A DNA stretch of 39,362 bases, taken from assembly GCF_006345805.1 (NCBI RefSeq), contig NW_021827552.1:1-39362 (forward strand), written 5' to 3'. The position numbers were made by a program, and so were the translations under genes. Shown here piece by piece: positions 35,215 through 39,362 of the stretch (its first letter is position 1; the number at the start of each line of letters is the position of its first letter). Source of the DNA: Octopus sinensis (Eukaryota). A model generated the notes under the pieces. The model made no database searches. It was not told where the DNA came from and was given only the letters and a program-made list of their open reading frames with translations.

Positions 35215-35458
35215 TGGTTTCAAATATTGGCAGATGGCCAGAAAGTTCAGAGGAAAGCGTAAATTGATTTCATCGACCCCAGTGCTCAAATGGTCATTAT
35301 TTTTTCGTCCTGTAAAGGATGAAAGGCAAAGTCGACCTCTGCGGAATTTGAACTCAGAAAGTGAAGAGGAACGAAATGCTGGTAATCATTTCGCCCGCAG
35401 GACTAACTATTCTACCAGCTCGCCCGCAGGACTAACTATTCTGCCAGCTTGCCACCTT
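35215..35458 (-). mobile_element. SINE family A with duplicated head (2 x 29 bp)
   Basis: Units 35391-35419 and 35420-35448, one mismatch. Confidence 0.85.
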
Positions 35459-35926
35459 ATTTTGTCCCAGATACTAACTAAATATTAACCAAATCGTAAC
35501 CATCTTTATATAATCGACAAACACACCACAATCCTCCTGTTTCTCTATACTATACCATATCCACCGATGCTAATAATAAACGACAAATTTAACTTCAATG
35601 AAAGATGTCTTCTCGGCTGAGTATTTTATTGACCCAGAGGAACGAAATTTAAAATCAAACACGGCTAGATTTGAACTAATTCTGCTAAGAAATGCAGCAC
35701 AATACCAACAAAGCTTTTCCACTCTTACTCTCGTTAATTGTAAATGTTTAAAACAATAATACCTGAGTGTCAGTTCGACAATGACGTGTTTTTAAAAATG
35801 GTTTATGGTGTCATAAATAACCTTAGGGAGAAGAGAAATATGTAATTAATATAAAAATTCGATTTTTATCTGAATGTTACACAAAAATCGTTTCTAGTTC
35901 GATTAATCTTCTGGATGATATCTTAC

Positions 35927-36035
35927 AGCAAATCAAGTTGATTAAATTGAGAGACTTCAACAAAGGTCTGCACCAACTGTCGATGAATGTCAAACTCGTC
36001 GTCTGGATTTTGAGAAATAAATTTTTCATACACAG
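35927..36035 (-). CDS. Candidate internal coding exon (109 nt) of an unidentified gene
   Basis: Acceptor gttcatctataactgtacAG, donor ct|GTAAGA. Phase 1 frame AVYEKFISQNPDDEFDIHRQLVQTFVEVSQFNQLDL is open and hits TAA just past the donor. Confidence 0.4.
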
Positions 36036-36197
36036 CTGTACAGTTATAGATGAACACATAAAAATATCAATACATGGTGTAGGACAAATGACATATTTGA
36101 TTCTCTTTGATTTTTTAATAAAAATTCTATAATATTGGACAATTTGGTGATTCTCTTAAAAAACAAAAATTTAACAGCTATTTTTATAGCTACATAC

Positions 36198-36218
36198 CGA
36201 ATAAAGCAGCGTACATTA
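36198..36218 (-). CDS. Candidate 21 nt symmetric microexon
   Basis: tttattttatatttgcAG|taatgtacgctgctttattcg|GTATGT; phase 1-1, joins in frame to the 109 nt exon across a 162 nt intron. Confidence 0.3.
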
Positions 36219-36519
36219 CTGCAAATATAAAATAAATGTAATTGGTAATAAATGTTTGTAACCCACCAGGAAATTTGTAGAGACAAAACAGTTACAATAT
36301 TCCTTTTTTCATGGATATAAATCTACTGCCAGTCCTGCAGTATATACTTATTTTTGAAAACGCTTGCTTTATATAGACATAAATTGAAGCTTAATCAAGG
36401 AACAGAAAGGTATTACACGAAGTATTTTAAGTTACAAAAGCAATTGGAGATTTTATTTTTAAAAGCCGTTCATTTCGCTGTCTAGACGAAAGTTCACATA
36501 TATGTTATTAACCATTAGT

Positions 36520-36720
36520 GAAGACTCATGGATTAGGGGGTTAGGTATTCGGATAAAAATCGTGAGTTCGATTTCGGGCCGCGTGTTGCGTCTTTTGAAC
36601 AAGATAATTTATTTCCCGTTGCTCCGGCCACTCAACTGTGCTACAGTGACTCTCCCTGACAACTGCGTTAAGGCGCGAGCGTCTCTGAATTTCTCAGCCA
36701 TATGCACGTTAATTTCGTTC
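36520..36720 (+). mobile_element. SINE family C-like, diverged
   Basis: gagttcgatttcgg..gtgttgcgtcttttgaacaagataatttatttcccgttgctcc. Confidence 0.55.
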
Positions 36721-36784
36721 AGGCTGTTTGGTTGATCGGATTAGTTGGAGCGATTAGCGTCGAAACCGACGGATTGCCACTTAT

Positions 36785-37552
36785 TTACTGGTTTCAAATT
36801 TTGACACAAGACAAGCAATTTCACTCTAGTGCTAAACTGGTGTTTTATCGATCTGAAAAGTATGAAAGGCAGAGTAAAGACCGACGAAATGCCACTAACC
36901 GTTCTTCCCGGTGTGCTAACTATTCTTTGGGGGGGAGAGGTCAAGTTGATTAGTTCGACCCCAGTACGCAACTGGTACTTAATTTATCGACCCCAAAAGG
37001 ATGAAAGGCAAAGTTGGACTCGGCAGAATTTGAACACAGAACGTAATGACAGACGAAATACCGCTAAGCATTCCGCCTGTCGTGCTAACGTTTCTTATTT
37101 CTTTATTGCCCACAAGAGGCTCAACGTAGAGGGGACAAACAAGGAGAGATAAAGGGATTAAGTCGATTAGATCGACCCCAGAGCGGAACTGGTACTTAAT
37201 TTATCGACCCCGAAATGATGAAAGGCAAAGTTGGACCCGGCGGAATTTGAAGTCGGAACGTAAAGATAGACGAAATACCACTAAGCATTCTGCCCGGCGT
37301 GTTAACGTTTCTGCTGGCTCGCTGCCTTTAATATTTCACTTATTCTTTTCTACTCTAGGCACAAGGCCCGAAATTTTGGGGAGGGGCCAGTCGATTAGAT
37401 CGACTCCTGTACGCAACTGGTACTTAATTTATCGACCCCGAAAGGTTGAAGGTCAAAATTGATCTCGCGGAATTTGAACTTAGAACGTAAAGACAGAAGA
37501 AATACCGCTAAGATTTTCGCCCACCGTGCTAACGATTCTGCTAACTCGCCAA
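36785..37552 (-). mobile_element. Four head-to-tail SINE family A copies
   Basis: About 36785-36930, 36930-37095, 37096-37330 and 37340-37552. Confidence 0.92.
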
Positions 37553-37759
37553 CGAGGGGTGTCAATTTATTAACTGTTTGTTACTTATACTTAAGCCTTA
37601 TTTAATAGCAAATTCAGCATTTTTCTGGATTAGTTGAAAGCTAATGAGACTTAAAAACCCATAGTTGTTCTTTTCAAAATTATGCCAACAATAGATCAGC
37701 GTCGTCGTCGGCGGCGGTTTTATCTCATATCCGAATATTTATTTTCTTCTTCGCTTCCC

Positions 37760-38155
37760 TTATTCCTTTACGGTGATGCGGTTGATGACTCTGTAGACTA
37801 ATTCTTGCATAGAACAGTCGATAGCATTGACTGAATGGCAATGTTGGTTAAGGACGAGGTTGATTTTGTTGAGCTTCTCTCTTCTGGTGGCTTCGACGTG
37901 TTTAGTTTCTGATGGTAATAGAGCCGGCACGTGGTACGGTTTCGGGTTTGTTTCAAGCGATTTAGGCTCAACTCTTAAATCGTATTGATCCAGATAGATA
38001 TCTTTATGTAATATTTTCAGTATATTTTACGTAATGTTAAGTGTCCGTGGTATAAATCCAGACTTATTACGCTTCACATTGATAACCAAACCATCACTGA
38101 GAATAAAATACAGGTTTCCAAAACCATCATTCAAGCTAGCTACAAATCCCAACAT
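37760..38155 (-). pseudogene. 132-codon non-repetitive frame with one internal TAA; product unknown
   Basis: ATG at 38155, 42 aa, TAA at 38029-38027, 88 more codons, TAA at 37762-37760. Confidence 0.3.
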
Positions 38156-38660
38156 TTCCTACGTTTTTCACCCCAGATTTTCCCCTATTTTTCAATTACC
38201 ATTCTAAATTTTTATTTCCATTTCATTTTGCCCTTATTCTTTAATCTTCTGTTAATAAATAATGCATTTATGCGATTAGCGCTTTATCTTGACAAATTCC
38301 TTCCAGCCCTTATCAACCAGCCAAACAGAACATTATAAATTAATCACGTTTATGCAAGCTCAAAGAACAATTTTTCTCAGATAATTATTTTCATGCAAAA
38401 CAATCAAAAACACAATTAAATATAAATTAAATACAATCGAAAACGAGATTTAAAAAAAATATATAGTTCTGGACTGTTAAACTCTTAATAGAATATTGTG
38501 CTGTATGTATATGTATGAAAATTGGCGCATGCATCAATTTATCTGTCTATCTATTTACGCTATTCTCAATCTCACTGCTTTCTTCTCCCTCCCCCTCTAT
38601 CTCTCTCTTTCTCTCTTTCTGTATACACACAGATACACACACACAGACATTCACACATAT

Positions 38661-39050
38661 CTCTTTTACTCTTTTACTTGTTTCAGTCATTTGATTGTGG
38701 CCATGCTGGAGCACCACCTTTAGTCGAGCAAATCGACCCCAGGACTTATTCTTTGAAAGCCTAGTACATTTTTGCCGAACCACTATGTTACGCGAACGTA
38801 AACACACTAGCGTCGGTTGTCAAGCTATGGTTAGGGGGACAAAGACAGACACATAAACATATACACATACGTACATGTAAATATATATACATATATACGA
38901 CGGGCTTCTTCCAGTATCCGTCTACCAAATCCACTCACAAGGCTTTGGTCGGCCCGAAGCTATAGTAGAAGACACTTGCCCAAGGTGCCGCTCATGGGAC
39001 TGAACCCGGAACCATGTGGTCGGTAAGCAAACTACTTACCACAGAGCCAC
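38661..39050 (-). mobile_element. SINE family B, full length
   Basis: Head gtggctctgtggtaagtagtttgcttaccgaccacatggttccgggttcagtccc through gactgaaacaagtaaaagagtaaaagag. Confidence 0.93.
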
Positions 39051-39329
39051 ATATATGTGTGTGTGTTTAATATTATATGTGTATGTGTGTGTATATATGA
39101 TACACACAGAAACACGCACTCACATATGATATATACATAGCTTCATGATTATGCCAAGCATTAATTGAAGGATTATCCTTTTTATAAAAAAAAAATCACG
39201 TTTCATTTTTGGGGACATAGTTGACTGTCACTTCGAAGTTAGGTCGTTTGTTGTCCTCGGCACAATGGTGACGCTAGTGATAGAAAAATCTTCATAGTTA
39301 TTGTGGAAAATTTTCTATCAAACACACAC

Positions 39330-39362
<33 letters not shown>

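Noticed and set aside
35763-35821. 59 nt minus-strand exon with strong splice sites
   Set aside because: Stops in all frames; could only be a terminal or poison exon or a homopolymer error. Left unannotated.
36198-36218. LMYAALFG as a KCNH/EAG S6 segment
   Set aside because: Only 8 residues; read-through gives GM-stop and the spliced continuation is not channel-like.
39278-39320. Hairpin tgatagaaaa/ttttctatca
   Set aside because: 10 bp AT-rich stem is expected by chance at this composition.

Overview
AT-rich, microsatellite-saturated eukaryotic DNA. The repeat families look like those I recall from octopod cephalopods (taxon inferred, not verified). No complete protein-coding gene, rRNA, true tRNA or CRISPR array is visible, and nearly all ORF-track entries are simple-repeat artefacts. 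The window is mostly: about 30 copies of three tRNA-derived SINE families; fragments of five transposon lineages (Tc1, R4/Dong-like RLE, L1/Tx1, RTE with three C2H2 fingers, CR1-like); two copies of a ~550 bp (AAT)n-tailed retro-element; and several short Penelope-like repeats. The main result is a set of minimal type I hammerhead ribozyme (HHR) motifs found by hand-folding. One is fully intact (3466-3516, +). One has a canonical core but is overlapped by a 47 bp inverted repeat (32205-32276, -). Others have variant cores (CUGUNGA in two copies, G3:C8) or are degenerate. There are also weak signs of a minus-strand host gene: a 21 nt microexon with a phase-compatible 109 nt exon near 36 kb, a 132-codon frame with one stop near 38 kb, and a textbook AG|GTAAGT recursive-splice-like site at 2.9 kb. 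All folding, translation and family calls were done by eye; repeat boundaries are approximate.
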